Shown here: positions 41,248-50,709 of the stretch, one piece after another
Position numbering within the stretch: the first letter of the stretch is position 1
Layout: each line of letters opens with the position of its first letter
DNA from: a bacterium
Lineage (GTDB): Bacteria > UBA8248 > JACPRG01 > G963555815
Assembly: GCA_965218795.1 (NCBI GenBank)
Contig: OZ244653.1
Span: 2,560,001 to 2,624,000, forward strand
Direction of reading: 5' to 3'
Length of the DNA: 64,000 bases
The notes under the pieces: generated by a model
The model's input: the letters and a program-made list of their open reading frames with translations, nothing else
Told to the model about the DNA's origin: nothing
Database searches by the model: none
Made by a program: the position numbers and the translations under genes

Positions 41248-42108
41248 TCAATCCTCCGCCGCGAACTTCATCAACTCCTCGACGACAATGTCCGGCCGCT
41301 CTTCCGCAAGGTAATGACCGCAGGCGTCTAGCCCGAAACCGCGTACGTCCTCCGCTTCCGCTTTCCACATCGAAACGACATCGAACGTTCCTCCCATTCC
41401 GCCATCGTTCCCCCACAAGCAAAGGATGGGCTCCCGAATCTTCAGGCCCTCGCTTTCCGAATCCAGTACTCGATTCTCGCCAAACATCGCCCTGTAGTAA
41501 TTGAATCCGCCTCGTAACGCATCCGGGGGCGAGTACGCCCGCGTATACTCTTCCAGACACTCGTCAAGAAAGGCGGCCGGGTTGTGGCACTTCGGTCGAA
41601 AAAATATCCGGAGGAATTCCCGGACCCGACCGTGGACGAGGCTCTCCGGAAGGTCCGGAACGGCATTGAAAAAGTAATGCCAGGCGCCGCGGGCGATGTT
41701 GGCGGAAAGATCGCGCAGGATCTGTCCGTGGGGGACGATGTCGAGAATCGCGATTCTCGAAGCTTCGCCGGGCCAGTCGAGGGCGAACCGCCTCGCAACC
41801 AACCCGCCCCAGTCATGTCCGACCAGACAGGGCCGGAGCAGACGCAGGGACCGGAGCAGTTCGCGGATGTCCGTCGAGACGGTCCGCATGTCGTAGCCGG
41901 AGTCCGGCTTGTCTGAATCGCCCATACCCCGCAGGTCGGGCGCAATGACGCGAAATCGCTCGGCTAGGGCGGGGATGACCTTCCGCCATGCGAACGATGT
42001 CTGGGGCCAGCCGTGAAGCAGCACCATGGGCGCGCCTTCGCCCGCCTCCAGATAGTGGAGACGGATACCGTTGACGGCCGCTGTCCTGCTTTCCGCCTGG
42101 TCCGCCAT
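41248..42108 (-). CDS. Alpha/beta hydrolase (epoxide hydrolase / haloacetate dehalogenase-like)
   Basis: LLHGWP, PDLRGMG, GHDWGG, CGHYLAEE. Confidence 0.9.
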   Translation of the reverse strand: MADQAESRTAAVNGIRLHYLEAGEGAPMVLLHGWPQTSFAWRKVIPALAERFRVIAPDLRGMGDSDKPDSGYDMRTVSTDIRELLRSLRLLRPCLVGHDWGGLVARRFALDWPGEASRIAILDIVPHGQILRDLSANIARGAWHYFFNAVPDLPESLVHGRVREFLRIFFRPKCHNPAAFLDECLEEYTRAYSPPDALRGGFNYYRAMFGENRVLDSESEGLKIREPILCLWGNDGGMGGTFDVVSMWKAEAEDVRGFGLDACGHYLAEERPDIVVEELMKFAAED

Positions 42109-42397
42109 TTGTCCTCTCCCGGCCGGAGTCCCGGCCGGATTGTGCAGATTGGGGCCGATCTTACATTCAGGTTGTCAGTTTGTTTAATAGCAAAATTGAC
42201 ATTCGCAGCCTTGTCCGTCTACGGATATGCAGAAGTGAATTAAATCACTATTCTACAGCTAGTTATATGAATATACAAGAGCCGATTTCCGAGACAGGGG
42301 TGTGCTGAGCCGCGCAAGACTTATAATCCAAATGATTCCCATATGGTTCCCATTGTGATATGCTGATTCCCAGATACGAAACCATCGGGAGACCATC

Positions 42398-43570
42398 ATG
42401 GCCGCGCAGATCAAGATCAACAAACGAAACGTCGACGCCATCAGGGGCGACGGCTCGGACCGGTTCTACTGGGATGCCGACCTCCCAGGATTCGGCCTGC
42501 GCGTCCGCGCCTCGGGACGCAAGTACTTTGTCGCCCAGTTCCGCGCCAACGGCCGCCTCAGGCGCATGACGCTCGGCCCTCACGGCGCCGTCACGCCCGA
42601 GGCCGCGCGGCGGCGTGCCATGGCCGTGATCTCCGAGGCCAAGGGCGGCGGAGACCCGGCCGCTCAGCGGGACGCAGACCGCAAGGCAGCCACCATGAAG
42701 GTGCTCGGAGAGCGGTTCCTCGAAGAACACGTCTCGGTCCACTGCAAGCCGAGAACGGCCTACGAATACCGGCGTTCCGCGGAGCTGTTCATCGAACCGA
42801 AGATCGGTGCCCGCAAGGTGACCGAAATCCAGAGGAGCGACATCGCCGAATTGCACCACAGCATGCGGAAGACGCCCTACCAGGCCAACCGGACGCTGGG
42901 TGTGCTGTCGAAAATGTTCAACCTGGCGGAGATGTGGGGGATGCGGCCCGACGGTTCGAACCCGTGCCTGCACATCAAGCGCTACAAGGAGGAGAAGCGC
43001 GAGCGGTTCCTGAGCGCGGAAGAGTTCTCCCGGCTCGGGCGGGTGCTCGATGAGATGCTGGAGGACGGCTCGGAGACCCGTTCAGCGGTGGCGGCGCTCC
43101 GGTTGCTGATGCTCACCGGCTGTCGGCTGTCGGAGATCCAGAAGCTGCGCTGGGAGCATGTGGACCTGGAAGCGAACGAGTTACGGTTGCCCGATACCAA
43201 GACCGGCGGGCGGGCGGTTCCGCTGGCGCCCTCGGCGGTGCGACTGCTGGCTAGACTCCCCCGCGACGAGGAAAATCCCTGGGTGATCGCGGGCCGCAAG
43301 CCGGGCTCGCATCGCACCGATCTTCAGCACCCCTGGCGGCACATCCGGGCGCGTGCTGGACTCGACGGTGTGCGGATCCATGACCTCCGCCATTCGTTCG
43401 CTTCTCGTGCGCTGGCGCTTGGCGAGGGCCTGCCAATGATCGGAAAATTGTTGGGGCACACGCAGGTGCAGACCACGGCCCGTTACGCCCATCTCGCCCG
43501 CGACACCGTGAAGGCGTCTGCCGCCCGCATCGGGGACAGCATTGATCGGGATCTTGATGCGACAGAATGA
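42398..43570 (+). CDS. Tyrosine recombinase/integrase with N-terminal arm-binding domain
   Basis: WDADLPGFGLRV, TGCRLSEI, HDLRHSFAS, LGH...TTARY. Confidence 0.95.
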   Translation: MAAQIKINKRNVDAIRGDGSDRFYWDADLPGFGLRVRASGRKYFVAQFRANGRLRRMTLGPHGAVTPEAARRRAMAVISEAKGGGDPAAQRDADRKAATMKVLGERFLEEHVSVHCKPRTAYEYRRSAELFIEPKIGARKVTEIQRSDIAELHHSMRKTPYQANRTLGVLSKMFNLAEMWGMRPDGSNPCLHIKRYKEEKRERFLSAEEFSRLGRVLDEMLEDGSETRSAVAALRLLMLTGCRLSEIQKLRWEHVDLEANELRLPDTKTGGRAVPLAPSAVRLLARLPRDEENPWVIAGRKPGSHRTDLQHPWRHIRARAGLDGVRIHDLRHSFASRALALGEGLPMIGKLLGHTQVQTTARYAHLARDTVKASAARIGDSIDRDLDATE

Positions 43571-44185
43571 TGTGTAGAAAGACCTGCGACAGCGAGGACG
43601 GAACGGTCTCCCCGACAAATACAACTTAGATGCATCGAGCCGTTTTCATCGGCCGTAGAATCCTATTATCATATTGATATTATTGGATAATACACATACT
43701 TCCTGCTCTCGTCCGGAACCTGCCTTCTACAGTCTGTCATCAAAATGAAAGCGGATCCGTTAAAAATCCTGCGCATCCCGGCGAGTTCCTATCGGACCGT
43801 TGCACCTCCGTCCTCCAAAGTCCGACCCCGCAACAACTCGCTTACGGTTATGCTCCGGCACCCCGCAACGTTCATTCAGGAACCAGCGGTCCACGCCCCA
43901 TGACGGCGCCCGATTGGCGCCCGCGGCGCAGTCGACTACAGCGACGATGATCTTCTGAGCGGGGTGATCGCCGGCAGTCCGTTTCCAAGACGCGGATTAT
44001 CGTAACCAGCAGCCCCATCGAGTCTGGATGCTCCGCTTCTCCCGGTTCAACCTCTCACGTTCCGCCCGTCGTCACGGCATTCCGGTCCAGCCATTACGCC
44101 TCATCGTGTGGAGTTACTTAGAGAATTAGTAGCCGTTGCTGGTCTCGTATGAGAGCGGCATATACGCTGGACACTGCAGTCGCGA

Positions 44186-44346
44186 GGAGAATGGGAGAAC
44201 TTCGCGCTTGAGAACAATGTCGTAGTGGTGCGCTGGAAAGAGGTGCCAGACCTTTCAGAGATTGGGGACCGTACGATATACTAACTGATTACCAATAGGG
44301 GAATGCTGGCTTCAAGGATTGGTGGATCCTGGCGGTTCAGGAAGAT
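44186..44346 (+). pseudogene. Remnant of an Mrr-like restriction protein (N- and C-terminal ends only)
   Basis: GEWENFALENNVVVVRWKEVPDLSEIGDR followed shortly by WILAVQED. Resemblance is from recall only. Confidence 0.4.
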
Positions 44347-44418
44347 CGAGATCGACCCATGGACCGAAGCGAACGCGGTCGGGCCGGATGACCCAGGAGA
44401 GCAGGCGGAGCGGAAACC

Positions 44419-47400
44419 ATGATGGTCCCAACGATATTCGAAACCTGCCGGCCACGCGCCGATGTTCTCAAGGGAGCGATTACCGAATCCGACTTCGCGG
44501 CTGATCTGGCCCAAGTCATCATCGGCAAGGGGAATGAGGAATATCTCGACCCGGTTCGGTTCTTCGCCAACACCTATCCCACGAGGGGCCTCAAGAACCT
44601 GCTCGCCAATGTGTGCCGGCGGCTGACCGGCGCGGGCGGTGAAGTCGCGTCGATTTTCCGTCTCGACACCTCCTACGGCGGCGGCAAGACCCACGGTCTG
44701 ATCGCGTTGTGCCACGCCGCACGCGGCATGAAGGGCGTGTCGAACGTCTCGGAGTTTGTCGATCCTTCTATTCTGCCGGAAGGCCGCGTCCGCATCGCCG
44801 CCTTCGATGGCGAGAACGCGGATCCGGCCAATGGTCGCAGGATGGAAGAAGGTCTTCTCGCGTACACCCCCTGGGGCGAGATCGCTTACGCGCTTGCCGG
44901 CAAGGATGGGTATGAGCGGGTGCGCAAGAGCGACGAAAGCCGCATCGCGCCCGGCGCCGAGACCCTGCGCGAGTTGTTCGGCGGCGAGCCGACCCTGATC
45001 CTGCTCGACGAGTTGTCGGTTTACCTGCGCAAGGTACGCAACCTCGAGGATGCCCGCGATCAGTTGACGGCGTTCCTGACCTCGTTGTTCAAGGCCGTCG
45101 AAAGCGCGCCTGAGGCCGCCCTCGTCTATACGTTAGCGATCGGCAAGGACGGACGTGCAACCGACGCCTATAACGAAGAAAACCAGTTTATCGCCGATCA
45201 CATGGCGGAAGCGGAGAGCGTCTCGGCGCGCAAGGCGACGCTGTTGAATCCCACCGAGGAAGACGAGACGGTTCAGGTGCTCCGTCGCCGCCTGTTCGAA
45301 TCCATTGACGAGGCGAAGATTCCGGCGGTTACGGATGCCTACCGGGCGCTTTGGGGAGCCAACGCGGAGTCCCTGGCGGATGATGCCGCCCGGCCCGAGA
45401 CCGTGGAGACCTTCAGATCGAGTTATCCTCTGCACCCGGAAGTTCTGGAAACCCTGACGGGCAAGACCGCGACGCTCGGCAATTTTCAGCGGGTGCGCGG
45501 CATGCTGCGGCTGCTGGCGCGCACGATCTCGCATCTTTGGGAGGAAAAGCCCGCGGACGCGGCCTCGATTCACCTTCACCATATCGATCCGGGCCATGAG
45601 CCGATCCGACAGGAGATCGTGACGCGTCTCGGGCAGTCCGCCTACGTGCCGGCCATCACCAACGATGTCGCCGCCGGATCGGTCGAAAAGAAGGCGCTGG
45701 CGCAGGAGATCGATGCCGCCCATCACGGCGGCCTGCCGCCGTATGCGGTCTACGTCGCCCGCACCATCTTCATGCACACGCTCGCCTTCAACGATCCGCT
45801 CAAGGGGATTTCGCCGGAGCTGTTGCGTTATTCGGTCCTCGGTCCCACGACGGACATCAGCTTTATCGAGGAAGCGCGCAAGAAGTTCATCGCCGAGTCC
45901 GCCTACCTTGACGACCGCCCCGTCGCGCCGATGCGCTTTCTCGTCGAGGCCAATCTGCGTCAGATTATCCGACGCGAGGAACGCCACGTCGATGCCGGGG
46001 AAGCGCGCGCCCACCTCAACGACCGCATCCGCCAGATATTCGGAGGCAAGACGTTCGAGACGGTATCTTTCCCCGGCGGGCCGTTCGACGTTCCCGACGA
46101 GGTCGGCGACGGCCGGCCGAAGCTCGTCGTCCTGGCCTATGACGGCGTGACCATCGGCGGATCCGTCGAGAACGTGCCTGAGTTGATCGAGCGCATTTAC
46201 GCCCGGAAAGGCTCGGAAGGCTCGGCCTTGCGGGTGCTTCGAAACAATGTGGCGTTCGTGGTCGCGGAGGACGCCCGCAAGGAGGAGATGCGCCGAAAGA
46301 CCGATTATCGTTTGGCGCTGCGGGAACTGAAAAAGCCTGAACGCCTCATCGATCTGGCGGAGCATCAGCAAGACCTGGTGCGCGAGATGGAGGCCCGGTC
46401 CGATCAGGAGCTCGCGATCGCCATTCAACAGTGCTACCGGCACGTTTTCTACCCGTCCCGCAACCGGGTCGGCGCAAGCGACGTCGATCTGACCCACTCG
46501 GCGATCGACATCCATTCCACCTCCGATCAGCCCGGCGCAGGTCAGCAACAGATTGTGCGGGCATTACGAGACCTCAAGAAACTGCGCCTGTCCGAGGACG
46601 AACCGGATTCCCCCGCCTATGTGCGCGATCGTACACCGCTCAAAAGGGGTCAAATCACCACGCTGGTGCTGCGCGACGAGTTCCGGCGCGATCCGGCCCT
46701 GCCCATCCTGATCGGCAACGACATCTTCATTCGCGGAGTACGGCGCGGCATCGAGCAGGGCGAATACGTCTACAAACGCGGAGATCTGTTGTTCGGACCG
46801 GGCGACCCGGCAGCCGGCATCATGATCGATGAGCAATCCGTGGTCTTCACCATGGCGTATGCGAAGAATGCCGGCATCTGGCCCCGGAAAAGGCCGGGAG
46901 AATCCGAGCAGCCGGCCCTGGAGGGCGAAAAGACAGACCAACCCGGCGAGCCGTCCCGCGGCGGACGAAGCGCGGGCTCCGGCGCGGAGCCGGTCGGTCG
47001 CCATTCTATCAGAGAGGCGCCAGGCTCGTTTACCGCCGAGGGCGTTCTTAAAGAGGCGCTGGTGAAGTTGTGGGAACAGGCCCGGTTCCAGAAAGTCGAG
47101 GCGATAGGCACCCTCGCAATCCGCATGTTCGAGGCGGGGGACGCCTTCCGGCTTCTCGGCGCCGTGGGCGCCGTATCCGGGGCGGACAAGAGCGTCGAGA
47201 TCACGGGCGGCTATGAGACCCGCGAGGGTGGATCGTTCGAGTTGGAGTTCCGAGGGCCGGTATCGGACGCCCAGCCGGTGAAGGAGTTTTTGGAGCCGCA
47301 GCTTCGCGACGCAAGTTCCAAGAACCTGGAGGCGGGGTTCGAGTTGACCTTTGCCGAGGGTCTTTCCATGCATGGCGACGCCGCGGAGAAGCTCACTGAA

Positions 47401-47463
47401 AGCCTTGCCCGGTTCGCGAGCGGCGCGGCCTACGTGTCGGCCACGGCCGAGGTCAAGACTTGA
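44419..47463 (+). CDS. DUF499 family AAA+ ATPase
   Basis: CRPRADVL, FAADL, YGGGKTH (Walker A), ILLDE (Walker B), SYPLHPE, FQRVRGMLRLLA. Confidence 0.9.
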   Translation: MMVPTIFETCRPRADVLKGAITESDFAADLAQVIIGKGNEEYLDPVRFFANTYPTRGLKNLLANVCRRLTGAGGEVASIFRLDTSYGGGKTHGLIALCHAARGMKGVSNVSEFVDPSILPEGRVRIAAFDGENADPANGRRMEEGLLAYTPWGEIAYALAGKDGYERVRKSDESRIAPGAETLRELFGGEPTLILLDELSVYLRKVRNLEDARDQLTAFLTSLFKAVESAPEAALVYTLAIGKDGRATDAYNEENQFIADHMAEAESVSARKATLLNPTEEDETVQVLRRRLFESIDEAKIPAVTDAYRALWGANAESLADDAARPETVETFRSSYPLHPEVLETLTGKTATLGNFQRVRGMLRLLARTISHLWEEKPADAASIHLHHIDPGHEPIRQEIVTRLGQSAYVPAITNDVAAGSVEKKALAQEIDAAHHGGLPPYAVYVARTIFMHTLAFNDPLKGISPELLRYSVLGPTTDISFIEEARKKFIAESAYLDDRPVAPMRFLVEANLRQIIRREERHVDAGEARAHLNDRIRQIFGGKTFETVSFPGGPFDVPDEVGDGRPKLVVLAYDGVTIGGSVENVPELIERIYARKGSEGSALRVLRNNVAFVVAEDARKEEMRRKTDYRLALRELKKPERLIDLAEHQQDLVREMEARSDQELAIAIQQCYRHVFYPSRNRVGASDVDLTHSAIDIHSTSDQPGAGQQQIVRALRDLKKLRLSEDEPDSPAYVRDRTPLKRGQITTLVLRDEFRRDPALPILIGNDIFIRGVRRGIEQGEYVYKRGDLLFGPGDPAAGIMIDEQSVVFTMAYAKNAGIWPRKRPGESEQPALEGEKTDQPGEPSRGGRSAGSGAEPVGRHSIREAPGSFTAEGVLKEALVKLWEQARFQKVEAIGTLAIRMFEAGDAFRLLGAVGAVSGADKSVEITGGYETREGGSFELEFRGPVSDAQPVKEFLEPQLRDASSKNLEAGFELTFAEGLSMHGDAAEKLTESLARFASGAAYVSATAEVKT

Positions 47464-47464
47464 G

Positions 47465-47944
47465 ATGGCGCGCCTGGAGAGAATCGCCCAGATCGAGACG
47501 CCGGACTCCGCGCCCCGGTACGAATTGCGGGTGCGTCGTCACGGACCGGCCGGCAGCGAGTATGAAATCTGGCAGATGCCTGCGACAGCCACGCCGCAGT
47601 TGACATCGGCGCTGCGCCTCGCGGGGCTTCGGGGCCGCAACCTCGAACTAGTCGAGCACCGTGTGCTGAAGCGGCTTTCGCAATCCGGCGTCAAGCCGGT
47701 CCAGAGCGTGGACATCAGAAAGCGCGGCTATGCGCTCAACGAGGATCTCGCGCTGACGTTGGGGCTTTTGTTCCGCGCGCTTGCTCCGATGCGCAGCCGC
47801 GACAACATGCGGGCGGTGGCTGAAGGCATCGAGGCCATGGGACGCGAGGAGGCCGCCTATTGGCTCGGCATGGCGATGCACCGTAAGAATCCGCGTCGGG
47901 TGCTGACCGCTCTGCGTTTCCTTCTGACCGAGCCGAAACGTTGA
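47465..47944 (+). CDS. Small hypothetical protein in the DUF3780-like position of the restriction-like operon
   Basis: Starts 1 nt after the ATPase stop. C-terminal MGREEAAYWL...ALRFLL. Confidence 0.7.
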   Translation: MARLERIAQIETPDSAPRYELRVRRHGPAGSEYEIWQMPATATPQLTSALRLAGLRGRNLELVEHRVLKRLSQSGVKPVQSVDIRKRGYALNEDLALTLGLLFRALAPMRSRDNMRAVAEGIEAMGREEAAYWLGMAMHRKNPRRVLTALRFLLTEPKR

Positions 47945-47958
47945 GCGGACGGGCCGGT

Positions 47959-47987
47959 ATGCAAACGACACGGAACGGCGATATAAT
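47959..47987 (+). promoter_or_regulatory. Candidate sigma70 promoter ahead of the nested cassette
   Basis: ATGCAA-N17-TATAAT. Confidence 0.45.
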
Positions 47988-48013
47988 GGATGCTCAACAA
48001 CACCAGACTCGTC

Positions 48014-48100
48014 ATGCGATACGAACTGCGGGCGCGCAATCACGGCCCGGGCGACGCCGAGTACGAAAACTGGCAGATACTGGCGTCAGCGCACCGCAGG
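48014..48100 (+). pseudogene. Diverged partial copy of the 5' end of gene 47465-47944
   Basis: MRYELRARNHGPGDAEYENWQI versus PRYELRVRRHGPAGSEYEIWQM. Confidence 0.7.
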
Positions 48101-48168
48101 TGATCCCGTGATACGCATTGCCGCGCCCATGGAGCTGCAATCTGGATTTGTAGGAGAGAACGGGTAAC

Positions 48169-48861
48169 ATGCGGATCGAGCCGGAGATAAGTGGCGTGAG
48201 CATCGTCTTGCTCGGACAGTTCACCCCGGCGATTTTCACGCCCGCTTGGTTCGCGCTGCACGACCTTCTGCCGAAGGGTGTTGCGGAAAGCGCGCAGTTG
48301 CAGGTTGCCCACCAGGGGTTGACCGTATTTTCCGCCGACTGGCTTCGCCTGGAGGTAACGCCCGATCGGTTTCAGGTCGAAACCTTGCTGGCGCCCCATA
48401 TCCGCGTGCGCGACTTCGTCTTGCGCGTGTTCAAGGAGCATCTACACCGTAGGCCCCTCAACACGTTCGGGATCAATCGGAACGTGCATTTCCGGGTAGG
48501 AGGCTTTGCTGAACGAGATCAAATCGGCAGAACGCTGGCACCGGTGGAGCCATGGGGAGACTTGGGGCAGAACCTCGGGCTGGACGGTGAGCACGGCGGC
48601 ATGAAGTCGCTGACGATGTCACGAATCGGTCCGGAAGGAAGATCAAAGGGCGATTCCATCAACATCATAGTGGAGCCCTCCATCCAAATCGGCGATGGAC
48701 GATTGGGGGTTTACGTCGCAGTCAACGATCACTACTCTATAGAGAGTTCCAGCCCCGAACCGGGCCAACGTTTGATGGAGTTGCTTGAGGAAAACTTCGA
48801 GGCCTCTCTCAAGAGAAGCGATGGCGTCATCGATCACGTCATGTCCCTGAGCGAGGGATAG
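48169..48861 (+). CDS. Hypothetical protein (possibly TIGR04255-like)
   Basis: AGGAG RBS, SIVLLGQFTPAIFTPAW, FGIN, VNDHY. Confidence 0.7.
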   Translation: MRIEPEISGVSIVLLGQFTPAIFTPAWFALHDLLPKGVAESAQLQVAHQGLTVFSADWLRLEVTPDRFQVETLLAPHIRVRDFVLRVFKEHLHRRPLNTFGINRNVHFRVGGFAERDQIGRTLAPVEPWGDLGQNLGLDGEHGGMKSLTMSRIGPEGRSKGDSINIIVEPSIQIGDGRLGVYVAVNDHYSIESSSPEPGQRLMELLEENFEASLKRSDGVIDHVMSLSEG

Positions 48862-48874
48862 GAGGTTTAGCTTC

Positions 48875-49591
48875 ATGCCAGTGGCGAGTCAATCTAGCGT
48901 AATACAAAGTGCCTTCGCGTCCGAAGTGCACGTCAATTCTGATGAGGAAGCCACACAATATATCGTTCAGGATGCGGACCAAGCCGTCCACTCGGCATTG
49001 AGGCATGGACCGGGCGCACTGACAACGGAAGTGCACGACCGGGATACGAAATCGGAAACCCTGCCGGCGTTCTTCAGTCGTGAAGTGGAGCAGGCCGTCC
49101 ACTCGGCATTGAAGCATGGACCGAGCACCCTGACAACGGAAGTGCACGACCGGGATACGAAATCGGAAACCCTGCCGGCGTTCCCTGGTCGCGAGCAGGA
49201 CAACGTCGGACTTGCCGACATCGTGCACCTGCCTCCGCCCCAGCCGCGTTGGACGCCTGCCGACACCCTTCACCCACTCCAGGAGTGGGAAGGATATGTC
49301 GTTGAGATCGGCGCGACGGACTTCATGGCGCGGCTGGTTGACTTGACGGCCGGCTCGACGCATGAAGAGGAAGAAGCGGTGATTCCTCTGGCCGAGATAT
49401 CGGATAACGACGCCGACAGGATATGCGCCGGTAGTATATTTCGCTGGGTAATCGGCTACCAACGCTCTCCGGCGGGAACGAAGAAGCGGGTGTCCTACTT
49501 CGTGTTCCGCGACCTACCCGCCATCACCGAGACCGATTTGCATGACGGTGAGGCGTGGGCGCTTGAAACCATCCGGTCGCTCGGTCTGTGA
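48875..49591 (+). CDS. Hypothetical protein with internal 37-aa repeat and C-terminal beta-rich domain
   Basis: AGGAGG RBS, LQEWEGYVVEI...FMARLVDL...GSIFRWVIGY. GTGA overlap with the next gene. Confidence 0.7.
   Translation: MPVASQSSVIQSAFASEVHVNSDEEATQYIVQDADQAVHSALRHGPGALTTEVHDRDTKSETLPAFFSREVEQAVHSALKHGPSTLTTEVHDRDTKSETLPAFPGREQDNVGLADIVHLPPPQPRWTPADTLHPLQEWEGYVVEIGATDFMARLVDLTAGSTHEEEEAVIPLAEISDNDADRICAGSIFRWVIGYQRSPAGTKKRVSYFVFRDLPAITETDLHDGEAWALETIRSLGL
48980..49197 (+). repeat. 111-bp tandem duplication (two copies)
   Basis: Units start at 48980 and 49091 and encode QAVHSAL(R/K)HGP..LTTEVHDRDTKSETLPAF twice. Confidence 0.9.
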
Positions 49592-50667
49592 CGGAGACGG
49601 GAACTCCGCCGGACAAAGGCGAGTTCGAACTCACGCTTTTCGGTCCCGGCTACGGCGAGAGCATCGTCTTGCACGTCGGCGGCGGCGTCTGGATCCTCGT
49701 TGACTCCTGCCTCGATACAGACGGAACGCCGCGATCCCTGAAGTACCTGGAGAACATCGGTGTCGATCCGGCTGAGGCCGTCGATCTGATCGTTGCGACC
49801 CATTGGCACGACGATCACATACGCGGAATAAAGAAACAGGTCGAAGTCTGCAAGAAGGCCGCTTTCTGCTGCGCCAGCGTGCTGTGCGAGAAGGAGTTTC
49901 TCACCGCTGTCGGCACCCTGAAAGACCGCCACCCCTCCGGCGTCGGCTACGGGCTGAGAGAGATTCACGGCGTTTTCTCGCGGCCTTCGCAAGTAGCGTC
50001 GAAACTGAAGCTGGCCATTGCCGACCGCCGTATTTTTTCTCAAGGCGCGTGTGAAATCTGGTCGCTTTCGCCCAACGACGCGAACTTCTTGAACTTCCTG
50101 AGAACCATCGGCCGCTTACTGCCCGCAGTAGGAAAGAGCAAGACGAGGATTCCAAGCCTTTCTCCCAACGATGTCGCCGTCGCGCTCTGGGTCAAGATCG
50201 AAGACATCGCGGTGCTGCTTGGTTCGGACCTGGAGAAGCGCGGCTGGATCGAGATTCTACAGAATCCGACGCGCCCGAACGGCAAGGCGTCGGCGTTCAA
50301 GGTTCCGCACCATGGATCGAAGAACGCTCACGAACCGGAGGTGTGGAAACGCATGCTGGCTCCCGACCCCTTCGCGGTTCTCACGCCCTGGCGCAAAGGC
50401 AGTCACACCCTACCGAGTCAACAGGATGTGCGGCGAATTCTCTCCTTCACAACGAACGCCTACGCAACCGCGAGGATGGATTCGTCCACACGATCTCCTG
50501 TGAGCAGGATCAAGATGGTGGAACGAACCATCCGGGAATCCGGTGTCAAGCTTCGCCGGCTTGCGATGTTACCCGGCGCGGTTCGACTGCGGAGATCACT
50601 CGGTTCGCGGACGCAATGGAAGATCGAGACGTTCGGAGCGGCGTGTCATCTTAAGAACTCCGCCTGA
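49588..50667 (+). CDS. MBL-fold metallo-hydrolase, ComEC/Rec2-like putative nuclease
   Basis: GYGESIVL, LVDS, THWHDDH, LLGSD, KVPHHGS. Confidence 0.85.
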   Translation: MTETGTPPDKGEFELTLFGPGYGESIVLHVGGGVWILVDSCLDTDGTPRSLKYLENIGVDPAEAVDLIVATHWHDDHIRGIKKQVEVCKKAAFCCASVLCEKEFLTAVGTLKDRHPSGVGYGLREIHGVFSRPSQVASKLKLAIADRRIFSQGACEIWSLSPNDANFLNFLRTIGRLLPAVGKSKTRIPSLSPNDVAVALWVKIEDIAVLLGSDLEKRGWIEILQNPTRPNGKASAFKVPHHGSKNAHEPEVWKRMLAPDPFAVLTPWRKGSHTLPSQQDVRRILSFTTNAYATARMDSSTRSPVSRIKMVERTIRESGVKLRRLAMLPGAVRLRRSLGSRTQWKIETFGAACHLKNSA

Positions 50668-50709
50668 CAATAATCAATCACTACAACACGTCGATGCGGA
50701 TTTGAGTCC

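Noticed and set aside
42250-42400. tRNA or att site upstream of the integrase
   Set aside because: No cloverleaf or T-loop motif, and no partner direct repeat found.
48980-49197. Repeat considered as a CRISPR array
   Set aside because: Only two 111-bp in-frame coding units, with no spacers and no cas genes.
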